DNA of 63,625 nucleotides, filler included. It is 8 parts of 8 records of this genome, joined end to end, with 100 filler letters (N's around TTAATTAATTAA, not from the genome) between each part and the next. Parts side by side here need not be neighbours in the genome. Positions count along the whole stretch, not along the records: positions 1 to 8,257 come from SRR31147125_7561; positions 8,358 to 18,742 come from SRR31147125_7580; 6 more parts are not named here. One strand, written 5' to 3'. Under the pieces are notes generated by a model. That model made no database searches and was not told where the DNA came from. It worked only from the letters and a program-made list of their open reading frames with translations. Positions 1-9,573 of the stretch are shown here, piece by piece. The first letter of the stretch is position 1; each line of letters begins with the position of its first letter. Both the position numbers and the translations under genes were made by a program.

Positions 1-1911
1 AAAAAAGACTCGCTGAAAAGAAGTATCATTTTCTATTCGTCCGCTAGTTTTTCCTTGCCGCAGCATACCAGTTTCAAATCCATCAATATATTCTCCATTA
101 GCTCCTGTAATAATTATAGTCTCCCCAGAGGCATCGATGTTTAGTTGAGCATCGTTTGTAAAAGAGGAGTTTGCATCAATCACAGCATATTCATGTGGGC
201 TGATGGTTAAGGATGAAATTTGATACTTTTGCAAGATTTCTTCACTGTCGGTAATATAACATCCTGATAAGTCCACTTGGTTGTCAGAGGCGTTAAAAAG
301 CTCTATCCAATCAGAATCGTCACCAGATGCACAGACCTCGCTTATATATACTCCGGAAGCGCGTCTATCCAAAGCACTATCCAGTGTCTCAAATCCAGCT
401 GAATTTTCTGAATATGGAGTAGGATATGGATAAAACAGAGGCTTTCCATCTTCACTGCGACCAAAAGATACATTTTCCAGCCTATCTTCCGGCAGTTCAA
501 AAGTGTCTGTACGCATAGTACTAATATCAGTTAGGTAGATTGCAGGTTCATCACTGGCAATTTTAAATGTAGTATGCAATTGGGTAGATGTATTATCTTT
601 TCCAGAAAGAAATACAATGCAATACTCGTATGGCTCAAGTACAGTATCAGGGAAAGACCATTTTAGAAGGGAATTACTATCATCCGATAAAAAGTAATTT
701 CTCATAGATATTGGTTGACTACTATTATTATAAACCTCTGCCCATGCACTGCGATCACCATCCTCATCAGTTATACTATATGAGTTTTTTAGCAGTACTT
801 CATTAATGCGAACTGGGTCGGTTGCATCCATTGAGGTTAGTTTTTGTAATTCAAATATATTTTCAGAGTTTTTTGTTCCTGGGGTTGTATCCAATGTGTA
901 AACATCAGATTCTACAACAGCTATATCTTCACCTAAACCAGAAGTCCAAGAAAGATTGTGTATTAAAGTATTTTTTGTGTTAAATAAATATACTCCGCAA
1001 TCCTGCTCACTAAATCCAAACGATATATCATTTGTATCCTGTGCATTTGGTAAATTGACAAGGTAATATTCGCCTGCATCTAAATTAATATCCGGCAGAT
1101 GATATCGATTTCCCCCGGAACTATTATCAGAAATATAAAATAAAGCTAAATTAACGGTTGTATCGCTTTTATTATATATTTCTACCCAATCTCTGCCATC
1201 TGATGAATTTGGCATAACCTCTGATATTTTTAGCATTATATCATCAGAGACAGATAAAAGAGAATCTAATGTTTGAATCTTTGTGTTATTTATTGCACCT
1301 GGTGTTGGACTTATGCAATATCCCCATGTATAATCATCCTTCAGAGCATAAGATACATCAGTATACATTTCTGGAATAGAGATATTTTGTATTTCATGCC
1401 CAGAATCATTAGCAAAACTTACTGTTTCACCATTCTTTGATAGATTAAATCCCAAGCATGGTGCATCTGACTGGGATGACGTTTTGTCAGTTGCATATAC
1501 TACTAAATATTCATGTGCGGGTATTGTTATATCGCCAAATGTGTATTTTTCGCCTTTTCTTGAGTCACTTATTATACTGTAATCTGCAAGATTAATATCA
1601 TTGTCTGAGTTGTTATATAGTTCAATCCAGTCGGGAGTTTCCTGCTTTGAGGTAATCAGTGAAGAGTCATTACTGCAAACAATTTCATTAATTATAATTG
1701 TATCTGTTAATAATGATTTAGATTTACCAAAGCCAAAAAATAGTAGTACTACAATTATTAATACACTTAATTCAATACAAACAATTAATACCGCATTTCT
1801 ATTTATTTGTTTGTTATTATCTATTTTTGTTTGCTGAATGTCTATATTATCTGTATCTAAAGAAAAATTTTTTGTACTATCGTGTTGTTTTTTATTCTTA
1901 TTCCAATGCAT
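1..1911 (-). CDS. Membrane-anchored multi-lamin-tail-domain (LTD) protein, 3' partial (runs off the window)
   Basis: Missing from the ORF track. ATG at 1911 with AAGGAG RBS, an N-terminal hydrophobic helix, then four LTD-like repeats: IIINEIV..DWIELYN, LKISEVM..DWVEIYN, VRINEVL..AWAEVYN, VYISEVC..DWIELFN. Confidence 0.8.
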   Translation of the reverse strand, partial: MHWNKNKKQHDSTKNFSLDTDNIDIQQTKIDNNKQINRNAVLIVCIELSVLIIVVLLFFGFGKSKSLLTDTIIINEIVCSNDSSLITSKQETPDWIELYNNSDNDINLADYSIISDSRKGEKYTFGDITIPAHEYLVVYATDKTSSQSDAPCLGFNLSKNGETVSFANDSGHEIQNISIPEMYTDVSYALKDDYTWGYCISPTPGAINNTKIQTLDSLLSVSDDIMLKISEVMPNSSDGRDWVEIYNKSDTTVNLALFYISDNSSGGNRYHLPDINLDAGEYYLVNLPNAQDTNDISFGFSEQDCGVYLFNTKNTLIHNLSWTSGLGEDIAVVESDVYTLDTTPGTKNSENIFELQKLTSMDATDPVRINEVLLKNSYSITDEDGDRSAWAEVYNNSSQPISMRNYFLSDDSNSLLKWSFPDTVLEPYEYCIVFLSGKDNTSTQLHTTFKIASDEPAIYLTDISTMRTDTFELPEDRLENVSFGRSEDGKPLFYPYPTPYSENSAGFETLDSALDRRASGVYISEVCASGDDSDWIELFNASDNQVDLSGCYITDSEEILQKYQISSLTISPHEYAVIDANSSFTNDAQLNIDASGETIIITGANGEYIDGFETGMLRQGKTSGRIENDTSFQRVFF

Positions 1912-2045
1912 TTGTTTACTTGCTCCTTATGTGATATAGCTATTTTTAAATATTTATGCTATATTTTACGAAAACAGGTATTAATTATAGCACTATTTGG
2001 TAATAAATAAAACATGAAATTTAATGTATAAGGTATTAAAAGATA

Positions 2046-2074
2046 TTGAATTAATTTAGTTATCATGTTAAAAT
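2046..2074 (+). promoter_or_regulatory. Sigma70/SigA-type promoter of the ABC-F leader
   Basis: TTGAAT-N17-TAAAAT with TG extended -10. Confidence 0.55.
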
Positions 2075-2107
2075 AAATTATCAATTTATAACAAAGGACT
2101 TGTTAGT

Positions 2108-2158
2108 ATGAATTTAATATGGTTGTTAGGAAAGAAAAATTTAAGCGCCAAATCATAA
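2108..2158 (+). CDS. Putative leader peptide (uORF) MNLIWLLGKKNLSAKS
   Basis: AAAGGA upstream of the ATG. The RBS/start region is complementary to 2159-2179, and it lies upstream of an ABC-F gene. Confidence 0.5.
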   Translation: MNLIWLLGKKNLSAKS

Positions 2159-2226
2159 TTTCACACTACAAGTGCGTCCATTTTTAATATAATTAATGTA
2201 CACACACCCAAAGTTAAAAAATAATT

Positions 2227-2270
2227 GCATATAAAGAAAGGGCTTTTTAATTCTGCCTTTATGTGCTTTT
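2227..2270 (+). terminator. Putative premature terminator in the ABC-F leader
   Basis: GCATATAAAG...CTTTATGTGC stem followed by TTTT. Confidence 0.5.
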
Positions 2271-2338
2271 AAGCAAAAATCATACAGCCATTAAGTTAAT
2301 TCATAAAATTGAAATTATTTAAATAGGAAATTAGAAAA

Positions 2339-4254
2339 ATGATAGAATGTTCAGTACAAAATATATCCAAGTCATTTGGAGCGAATAAAATATTTGAAAA
2401 TATAAGCTTTGAAATAAAGACTAAGGAGAAAATAGGGTTAATTGGACCAAATGGAGTAGGGAAAAGTACCGTTTTAAAAATATTAATGGGAAAAGAAGAC
2501 TGCGAAGGAACAGTTGCATTTAGAAAGGGCGTTATTCCGGGATATTTGGAACAGTCTCCTGAATACGATGATATGCACACTGGGGCTAGTGTTCTTGATC
2601 TGGCTTTTGAAAAGATATCAAAGATAAAATCAAAAATGGAATTACTAGAACTTAGCATGACAGATGCTGACAATATGGATGCTGTTATGGAGGAATATGC
2701 AGAACTACAGACACAATATGAACTTTTGGGAGGGTATGATACACAAGAGAAACTTAGCAAGGTAATAAAAGGTCTTAAGATTGATGATAATATGCTAAAA
2801 ACATCTTTTAACAAGCTAAGCGGCGGCGAAAAGACAAAAATAATATTAGGAAAAATATTATTGGAGGAACCGCCCTTACTGCTTTTGGATGAGCCGTCTA
2901 ATCACCTGGATTTATCTACTATGGAGTGGTTGGAGCAGTACATTAGTAAGTACAACGGTGCTGTAATAATAGTGTCCCATGATAGATATTTTTTGGATAG
3001 AGCAGCGGATAAAATAATAGAGCTATCCAAAAATAATGCACATGTTTTCCATGGAAATTATTCATATTTTATTAAGGAAAAAAGCTAAGATACGAAAATG
3101 CACTAAAGCAATTTAATCAAAATCAAAAGGAGATAAAAAGGGTAGAGGAGCAAATAAAGCGCTACAGAATATGGGGCACTATGCGAGATAGCGACAAAAT
3201 GTATGCTCAGGCAAAGCAGCTGGAAAGAAAGCTTGATAAAATGGAAAAGCTGGATAAGCCAATATATGAAAACAAGAAAATCAAATTGAGGGCAAAGGAA
3301 GCAAAAAGAACTGGAAAAGAAGTATTAATTGCAGAAAACCTTAGTAAAACCTTTGGTGATAATAATTTGTTTAATAATATTAATTTTAGGGCTTACTATA
3401 GGGACTCCATAGGAATATTAGGGGATAACGGAAGTGGTAAATCAACCTTATTAAAGATATTATTAGATGAAATAAAGCCAGATACGGGCACTGTTAAGTA
3501 TGGTTCAAACCTAAACATGGGCTACATTGCACAAAATATTGATTTTGGCGAAGAGGATAAAAGCTTGCTTGAGTATTTTCAATATAAATACAATATTAAT
3601 AACTCTGTAGCCAGATTAGAGCTTGCTAAGGTTTTGTTTACAGGAGATGATGTATTTAAAAAAATCAGTGTATTATCAGGCGGCGAAAAAAGCAGATTAA
3701 GACTGTGTTCATTGATGTATGAGAATGTAAATTTGATGGTACTTGATGAACCGACAAATCATCTGGATATTGAATCCAGAGAGATACTAGAGGATATTTT
3801 AAAGGACTATACAGGGACAATTGTGTTTGTTTCTCATGATAGATATTTTATATCTAAGATAGCTAAAAAGATAAATGTTCTGCGTGATGGAATGTTAACA
3901 GCTTATAATGGAAATTACAAATACTACAAAAATGAGCTTGCAAAACAGCAGGAGGCAAAGGAATTTGGGCTGGTAAAAACCATAAAAACAGCGAGCAAAT
4001 CAAAAACTAAAAGCGACCACACCATTAAAGAAAATAGTATTGATAGACTGCAAAAGAAAATTGAAGCAATGGAATTAGAAATTGCGAGCATAGAGGAAAT
4101 TATCAACAATTTAGATGATGAAATGATAAAATTCGGGGATAACTTAGAAAAACTATCAGAATTAGATATAATGAAAAAATCATTACAGAACGAATTGGAT
4201 GAAAAAATAGCAAATTGGGAAGCTATGCTAAAGGAACTTGAAGAACTGAAATGA
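2339..4254 (+). CDS. ABC-F family ATPase (ribosome-protection-like); one gene split by a frameshift in the A-run near 3080
   Basis: Two ABC domains (GPNGVGKS, LSGGE, LDEPSNHLD, SHDRYF; GDNGSGKS, LSGGE, LDEPTNHLD) and no TM segments. The interdomain linker continues in another frame across 3088-3180 (..RYENALKQF..RYRIWGTMRDSDK). C-terminal coiled coil. Confidence 0.9.
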
Positions 4255-4261
4255 TAATTAT

Positions 4262-4279
4262 GCCCGCCGTTTGGCGGGT
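4262..4279. terminator. Terminator hairpin between convergent genes
   Basis: GCCCGCC-gttt-GGCGGGT directly after the ABC-F stop. Confidence 0.55.
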
Positions 4280-4336
4280 AGAATTTTACAATTTATTATA
4301 AAAATAATGTTTTGTAGTATAACGAAAAGATAAATA

Positions 4337-5068
4337 TTATTTTGCACCAAACTTTATACTTAATGATTTAGTAGGACATGTATCAACACACACAAAGCAT
4401 TTGTTGCATTCAATATTAGTTATCTCGCCCTGTTTAACATAATCAGAAACAGGCAGTGATTTAGGACATGCTTTATCGCACTTTTTGCAGTCTACACAGG
4501 TATCGGCATTTGCTTTTATACGAAGCCTTGGCAATTTTATTAACTTAGAAATTGATTGTCCGATTATCATAAATGGAGCCATCCAGCATATCATATAGCA
4601 GGTTGCGCGCTTACCGAAAATAAGCGGCAATATAAAGGTTATAAAAAGCACACCATAATAAATAATATAGCTAAATGGTCTAGATACGCTTATAATTTCA
4701 TCAGTCATAAAGAAAAAGTTAGCACCGATTATACCACCAGCTGATATAAACATAATAACAACTAAACTTAGCCATCCTGCATAAACAACATATTTTAGAA
4801 AGCGAAGCCATTTAGGCTTGAATTGCTTTGGCTGAACTACAGCACAAGCTTCTTGTCCAGCGCCTGATGGGCACACCCATCCGCACCATATTCTGCCGAA
4901 AAATAATGAACTAACAAACAAACCCATAAATACTATTAAACTTCCGTTTATTATGCCCTGGCTAGGATATACTATTGATAGATATGGCGACATATAGTTG
5001 AGTGTAACAGGGAACAATACAAAGCTTAGTAAAAGTAAGCCGTAGCGTAATCTTTGTCTTTTTTTCAT
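4337..5068 (-). CDS. Membrane 4Fe-4S binding protein (NapH/MauN-like polyferredoxin)
   Basis: TM helices, GRIWCGWVCP, and two CxxCxxCxxxCP ferredoxin motifs. Confidence 0.85.
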   Translation of the reverse strand: MKKRQRLRYGLLLLSFVLFPVTLNYMSPYLSIVYPSQGIINGSLIVFMGLFVSSLFFGRIWCGWVCPSGAGQEACAVVQPKQFKPKWLRFLKYVVYAGWLSLVVIMFISAGGIIGANFFFMTDEIISVSRPFSYIIYYGVLFITFILPLIFGKRATCYMICWMAPFMIIGQSISKLIKLPRLRIKANADTCVDCKKCDKACPKSLPVSDYVKQGEITNIECNKCFVCVDTCPTKSLSIKFGAK

Positions 5069-5694
5069 TGTTCTATCTCCTCATTTTGAAATTTAAACTC
5101 AAATTTTATTCTTGTTGGGTTAAGAGTAGAGTTGAGAACATAGGCAGCAGATTTTAGAAACCGCTCGTGATATTTTCTGTCTGCAAACATATGAAAGTGA
5201 GTATCTAAATACCCATTGAAGCCCATACTTATAATTGCATATGAAATCTCTACTTCTTCAATTAAAAATAAATTTTGTTCATGGCCATTTTTAATTAAAT
5301 CGAAGATTATTGGAAAGAAAGTTTCTTGTCTTGCCTTATCAACAGCGTAATGATACCTTTCAGGTAATGAACCTTCAAAAAATCCTTCTACAATGTTTGG
5401 GGATTCTGTAGCAGTAAACATACTTTGAAATATTTGCAGCAATGCTATGTCTGGAGGAATATCTTTAACAAATGCAGTGTAATTTTTAAACATTGATTGT
5501 GCTTCATCTTTAATAATTTCAAATAATAATTTTTCTTTAGATGTAAAGTGATAAAAAATAAGTCCTTTTGCTACTCCTGCCTTTTTAGCTATCTCTTCTA
5601 CCTTTACATTATCATACCCCGATGATGCAAACATTTCTTTTGCTGTCTGTTTTATATTCTCTTTTACTTCTTTGGTTTTTTTGTAAGTTACCAT
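5065..5694 (-). CDS. TetR/AcrR family transcriptional regulator
   Basis: N-terminal HTH GYDNVKVEEIAKKAGVAKGLIFYHFTSKE; overlaps the downstream gene by 4 nt. Confidence 0.9.
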   Translation of the reverse strand: MVTYKKTKEVKENIKQTAKEMFASSGYDNVKVEEIAKKAGVAKGLIFYHFTSKEKLLFEIIKDEAQSMFKNYTAFVKDIPPDIALLQIFQSMFTATESPNIVEGFFEGSLPERYHYAVDKARQETFFPIIFDLIKNGHEQNLFLIEEVEISYAIISMGFNGYLDTHFHMFADRKYHERFLKSAAYVLNSTLNPTRIKFEFKFQNEEIEQ

Positions 5695-5708
5695 GATTAC
5701 CCCGAATT

Positions 5709-5755
5709 TGACTTGAGTCAGTATTAATTATATATATTTTTTTCGTAAATGTCAA
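5709..5755 (-). promoter_or_regulatory. Consensus sigma70 promoter with a palindromic operator
   Basis: TTGACA-N17-TATAAT (5755-5727), then TGACT-N2-AGTCA (5709-5720) at about the start site. Confidence 0.7.
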
Positions 5756-5814
5756 TAATATTTTCATAACAAAAAACCCACCATGTGGCGGGTTAAGTAG
5801 CTCAATAATTAATT

Positions 5815-6495
5815 TTACTTATTTTTCAGATAATCAACTATAGCTTGTGCAAATTCTTCCGCTGCGTTTGGTGCATCTCCAGTTATTATATTACCTTCAA
5901 TGGTTACATCCAGTTCAGAATCTTTTACTCCTTCGCTTTCCATTACTGGATCTGATTCCGGTGAATTATACCAGCAGGCAATGTCGCCTTCTCCAATAAC
6001 ATGTGCCTTAGCTAAGGTAACTGATCCATAGCATATTGCGCTTACCAGTTTTTTATCTTCATTCATTCTATTTAGTATGGCATGAAGTTCTGAATTGTCC
6101 CATAGGCTTATGCTGCCGCCAATTAATACAATTCCCATTAACTCATCTGTGTTTAGGTCTGCAAAGGCTATTTCAACCTCTGTATTCTCTGTTGTTCCTG
6201 TTGCTGTGCCGAGTGCATCACTGGCGATAATAATATCATAGTTTGCATCATTTAATGCATTAACTACAGGATTAAATTCCAATGATTGATATCTATCTCG
6301 TGCTATTACTACAGCTACTTTATTATTTGCCATATTTTTCTCCTCGTTAGTTTTATCAGTTTGTTGGGGCTCTGCTATTTCATTTGCTTCGATTTGCTCG
6401 TCTGGTTCTACAGGCTTTGCATCACTAGGTGTAGTATTTGTACATGCTGTAATAAAGAATGCAGCTATAATACAAAAGTTAAGAATTTTTTTCAT
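5815..6495 (-). CDS. DJ-1/PfpI family lipoprotein
   Basis: Lipobox FITA-C, low-complexity linker, then a DJ-1 fold (SLEF, LIGG, AICYG, IITGDAP). Confidence 0.8.
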   Translation of the reverse strand: MKKILNFCIIAAFFITACTNTTPSDAKPVEPDEQIEANEIAEPQQTDKTNEEKNMANNKVAVVIARDRYQSLEFNPVVNALNDANYDIIIASDALGTATGTTENTEVEIAFADLNTDELMGIVLIGGSISLWDNSELHAILNRMNEDKKLVSAICYGSVTLAKAHVIGEGDIACWYNSPESDPVMESEGVKDSELDVTIEGNIITGDAPNAAEEFAQAIVDYLKNK

Positions 6496-6571
6496 ATAGA
6501 CCTCCTAATCAGCTAGGCAGTTGAATGCTTTGTTTAAGTTGGTTGCATATAGATTATTATAGCAAAAAAAA

Positions 6572-6591
6572 TCCCCGCAGAAAAGCGGGGA
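6572..6591 (-). terminator. Rho-independent terminator after pheT
   Basis: TCCCCGC-agaaaa-GCGGGGA with an adjacent A-run (T-run on the minus strand). Confidence 0.65.
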
Positions 6592-6673
6592 ATGATATTT
6601 TATGTAATTGCAGGTATTTTGTGCTGGAGGCACATTATTTTGGCTGTTTTAAGTTAACATTAGAAGTCATTCT

Positions 6674-8257
6674 TTAATCTCTTAATTTCGCATTAAAGTT
6701 TTTCTCTAAAACTCTTACTATTTTGTTGAATTTTTTGTTTACATCTTCATCTGTTAATGTTCTGTCTTTTGCTCTGAATATCATAGAGAATGCAACACTT
6801 TTTTTGTTTTCTCCAACTTGTGTACCTTCGTAAATGTCGAAGATTTCAACACTTTCAAGTAACGGTCCGCTTGTTGTTTTTATTAGGGCTAGCATTTGAC
6901 CTACAGGTTGTTCTTTGTCTACAACTATAGCTAAATCTCTGTCCACAGCTGGGTATTTAGGTAAGTCTACCACAACTAATTCACTGCGGGTTATCTCAAG
7001 CAATTCATCTAGATTAATTTCAGCTAAGTACGCACGCTTTTTAATCCCCATATTTTCTGCAATGTCTGGGTGAAGCTCGCCGATAAATCCAACTACCACT
7101 TCATCAACCATCAAGACAGCCATCCTGCCTGGATGAAGGAAGTTGTTGCCGCCTCTTACAAATTCATATTTTTTATGACCTAATGTTTTTAGCAAAGACT
7201 CTATTCTGCCCTTTACTGTGAAGAAAGTTTCATCATCTGCACATACACCAATGGATAGGCGATTAACTTCTAGTGGAAGCTCGTCATTAGTCTCGTGGAA
7301 GGTTTTTGATATTTCAAATAACTTTACGTCATCTATCCTGTGGTTTAAGTTATTTGATATTGTTTTAATTAGTGCAGGTATTAATGATGTACGCATTAAA
7401 GAATAATCTTCACCTAGAGGATTAAGTATTTTTACTGCATTGCGCAAATCATCATCTTCATCTAGCATTAGTAAATCATATGCAGATGGACTCATGAATG
7501 AATAATGGACAGCTTCATATAGCCCATGGCTTGCCATAAATGAACGAATTAAAAGGTTCATTCTTTGGCGCATTGTTCTTCCCTTTGACTCTATGTGCAT
7601 TTCAGGAAGTTTGGATGGAATTTTGTCAAATCCATATATACGTAAAACTTCCTCTGCTATATCAGCAGTGTTTTGCAAATCTTGCCTGTATGTTGGGATT
7701 TCGCATATTAATTTATCGCCTTCTACATGTGATTCAATCTGTAGCCTGCGTAATAAGCCATCCATTGTATTGCCGGGCAAATCTAAGCCTAAAAGTTCAT
7801 TAATTCTATTTACTGACACTTCCAACGTTCTTGGTTCTACATCTGCGTTCAATACATCTACACAGCCTTGTGCTATTTTGCCAACTCCTAGTTTTTCAAC
7901 CAAGTGCATTGCTCTGTTTAATGCTAGTTCGCAATTAGCAGCATCTAATCCCTTTTCATATCTTGATGAAGACTCAGTTCTCATGCCTAATGCTCTAGAT
8001 GTTGTTCTTATGTTTACTGGGTTGAAAGTTGCGCTTTCAAACAATACTACATTCGTATCGTCATATACACCAGATTTCTCTCCGCCCATTATTCCAGCTA
8101 GTGCCACAGGCTTGTTATCGTCGCAGATAACCAACATGTCTTCTGTTAACTGGCGTTCCTTACCATCAAGTGTTATTATTATCTCGTCCTTTTTAGCATT
8201 ACGAACGATTATTTTTTGCCCTTCAACATATTTAAAATCGAATGCGTGCATTGGCTG
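6674..8257 (-). CDS. pheT: Phenylalanine-tRNA ligase beta subunit, 5' partial
   Basis: QPMHAFD, LAGIMGG, ESSSRYEKG, NPLGEDYSLMRTSL and the C-terminal FDX-ACB domain (DRDLA..DRTLTDE). Confidence 0.95.
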   Translation of the reverse strand, partial: QPMHAFDFKYVEGQKIIVRNAKKDEIIITLDGKERQLTEDMLVICDDNKPVALAGIMGGEKSGVYDDTNVVLFESATFNPVNIRTTSRALGMRTESSSRYEKGLDAANCELALNRAMHLVEKLGVGKIAQGCVDVLNADVEPRTLEVSVNRINELLGLDLPGNTMDGLLRRLQIESHVEGDKLICEIPTYRQDLQNTADIAEEVLRIYGFDKIPSKLPEMHIESKGRTMRQRMNLLIRSFMASHGLYEAVHYSFMSPSAYDLLMLDEDDDLRNAVKILNPLGEDYSLMRTSLIPALIKTISNNLNHRIDDVKLFEISKTFHETNDELPLEVNRLSIGVCADDETFFTVKGRIESLLKTLGHKKYEFVRGGNNFLHPGRMAVLMVDEVVVGFIGELHPDIAENMGIKKRAYLAEINLDELLEITRSELVVVDLPKYPAVDRDLAIVVDKEQPVGQMLALIKTTSGPLLESVEIFDIYEGTQVGENKKSVAFSMIFRAKDRTLTDEDVNKKFNKIVRVLEKNFNAKLRD

Positions 8258-8357
8258 NNNNNNNNNNNNNNNNNNNNNNNNNNNNNNNNNNNNNNNNNNN
8301 NTTAATTAATTAANNNNNNNNNNNNNNNNNNNNNNNNNNNNNNNNNNNNNNNNNNNN
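8258..8357. other. Artificial contig linker
   Basis: N44-TTAATTAATTAA-N44, which puts stops in all six frames. Confidence 0.98.
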
Positions 8358-8807
8358 CAAATGAATCCGATTGGTTTCTAAAATAAGGTGCGCTAAAACC
8401 TCTGTGTCAGAAGTTGTTTGAAAAATACTGCCTTTTTTTTCTAACTCGGTTTTTAGCTGAATAGTATTTGTAAGGTTGCCGTTATGTGCAAGCCCTAGCT
8501 GTCCTAAATGTGTGTTGAACAAAAAAGGCTGAACGTTAGCAAGGCTGTTTTCGCCAGCTGTTGAATACCTTACATGACCGATCGAATGACAGCCATTTAT
8601 ACTCTTAATATCTTCTGTTGTAAACACGTTACGAACAAGACCTTCGCCTTTTTTTATTTTAAGTTTTTTTGAATCGGAAGAAACTATGCCAGCTCCTTCT
8701 TGTCCTCTGTGTTGTAGTGCATGAAGACCATAATATGTAAACTCGACCGCCTTATCATGGTTAAAAACACCAAATATTCCGCACTCTTCGTGTAGCTCAT
8801 TAAACAT
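8358..8807 (-). CDS. purF: Amidophosphoribosyltransferase, 3' partial
   Basis: EECGIFG propeptide/Cys, LQHRGQE, GHVRYST, AHNGNL. Confidence 0.95.
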
Positions 8808-8832
8808 TAATTAGTTCCTTTCACCTAAAACC

Positions 8833-9537
8833 TTATGATAAACGTTTTAGTATCTCTATATATGCTTCTTCCACGCTTCCCAAATCACGTCTAAATCTAT
8901 CTTTATCAAGTTTTTCGTTAGTCTTTTTATCCCAAAGTCTACAAGTATCCGGGCTGATTTCATCAGCCAAAACAATTTGACCATCGTTTGTTTTTCCAAA
9001 TTCGATTTTAAAATCGATAAGCCTGATGCCTTGTTTATCGAAAATATCGATTAAAACTTCATTTATTTTAGCTGTTAGCTTATACATTTCTGTTAGTTCT
9101 TCGTAGCTACAAGCTTTAAGCGCAATGGCATGATGATCGTTGATTAGTGGATCATTTAAATCGTCATTTTTATAAGATAATTCAAAGATAGTGTTGTCAA
9201 TTTCAGTGCCTTCTTTAATCCCAAGCCTTTTAGCCATAGACCCAGCAACAACATTTCTAACGATCATCTCTAGTGGCACAATGTCAACCTTTTTGCAAAG
9301 TTGTTCTCTATCGCTAAGTTTTTTTATAAAGTGAGTAGGAACGCCTTCTTTTTCTAATTTTTCAAACAAAAGATAAGTGATCTCGTTATTTAAAACGCCT
9401 TTATTTTGAATAGTATCTTTTTTAACGCCATTAAAAGCAGTTGCATCATCTTTATAGTATATTATTATCTTATCTTTATCATCAGTTGCATAAATCTGTT
9501 TTGCTTTTCCTTCGTATAAAAATTCTCTTTTTTCCAT
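8833..9537 (-). CDS. purC: SAICAR synthetase
   Basis: [34 protein letters not shown]. Confidence 0.97.
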   Translation of the reverse strand: MEKREFLYEGKAKQIYATDDKDKIIIYYKDDATAFNGVKKDTIQNKGVLNNEITYLLFEKLEKEGVPTHFIKKLSDREQLCKKVDIVPLEMIVRNVVAGSMAKRLGIKEGTEIDNTIFELSYKNDDLNDPLINDHHAIALKACSYEELTEMYKLTAKINEVLIDIFDKQGIRLIDFKIEFGKTNDGQIVLADEISPDTCRLWDKKTNEKLDKDRFRRDLGSVEEAYIEILKRLS

Positions 9538-9573
9538 TATTATTAACCCATTATTAACCTTTCGAATAATTCA

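Noticed and set aside
1601-1837. 78-aa plus-strand ORF and similar antisense ORFs (2296-2814, 7593-8309, 15042-15257)
   Set aside because: They lie antisense to, or on top of, better supported genes or the riboswitch.
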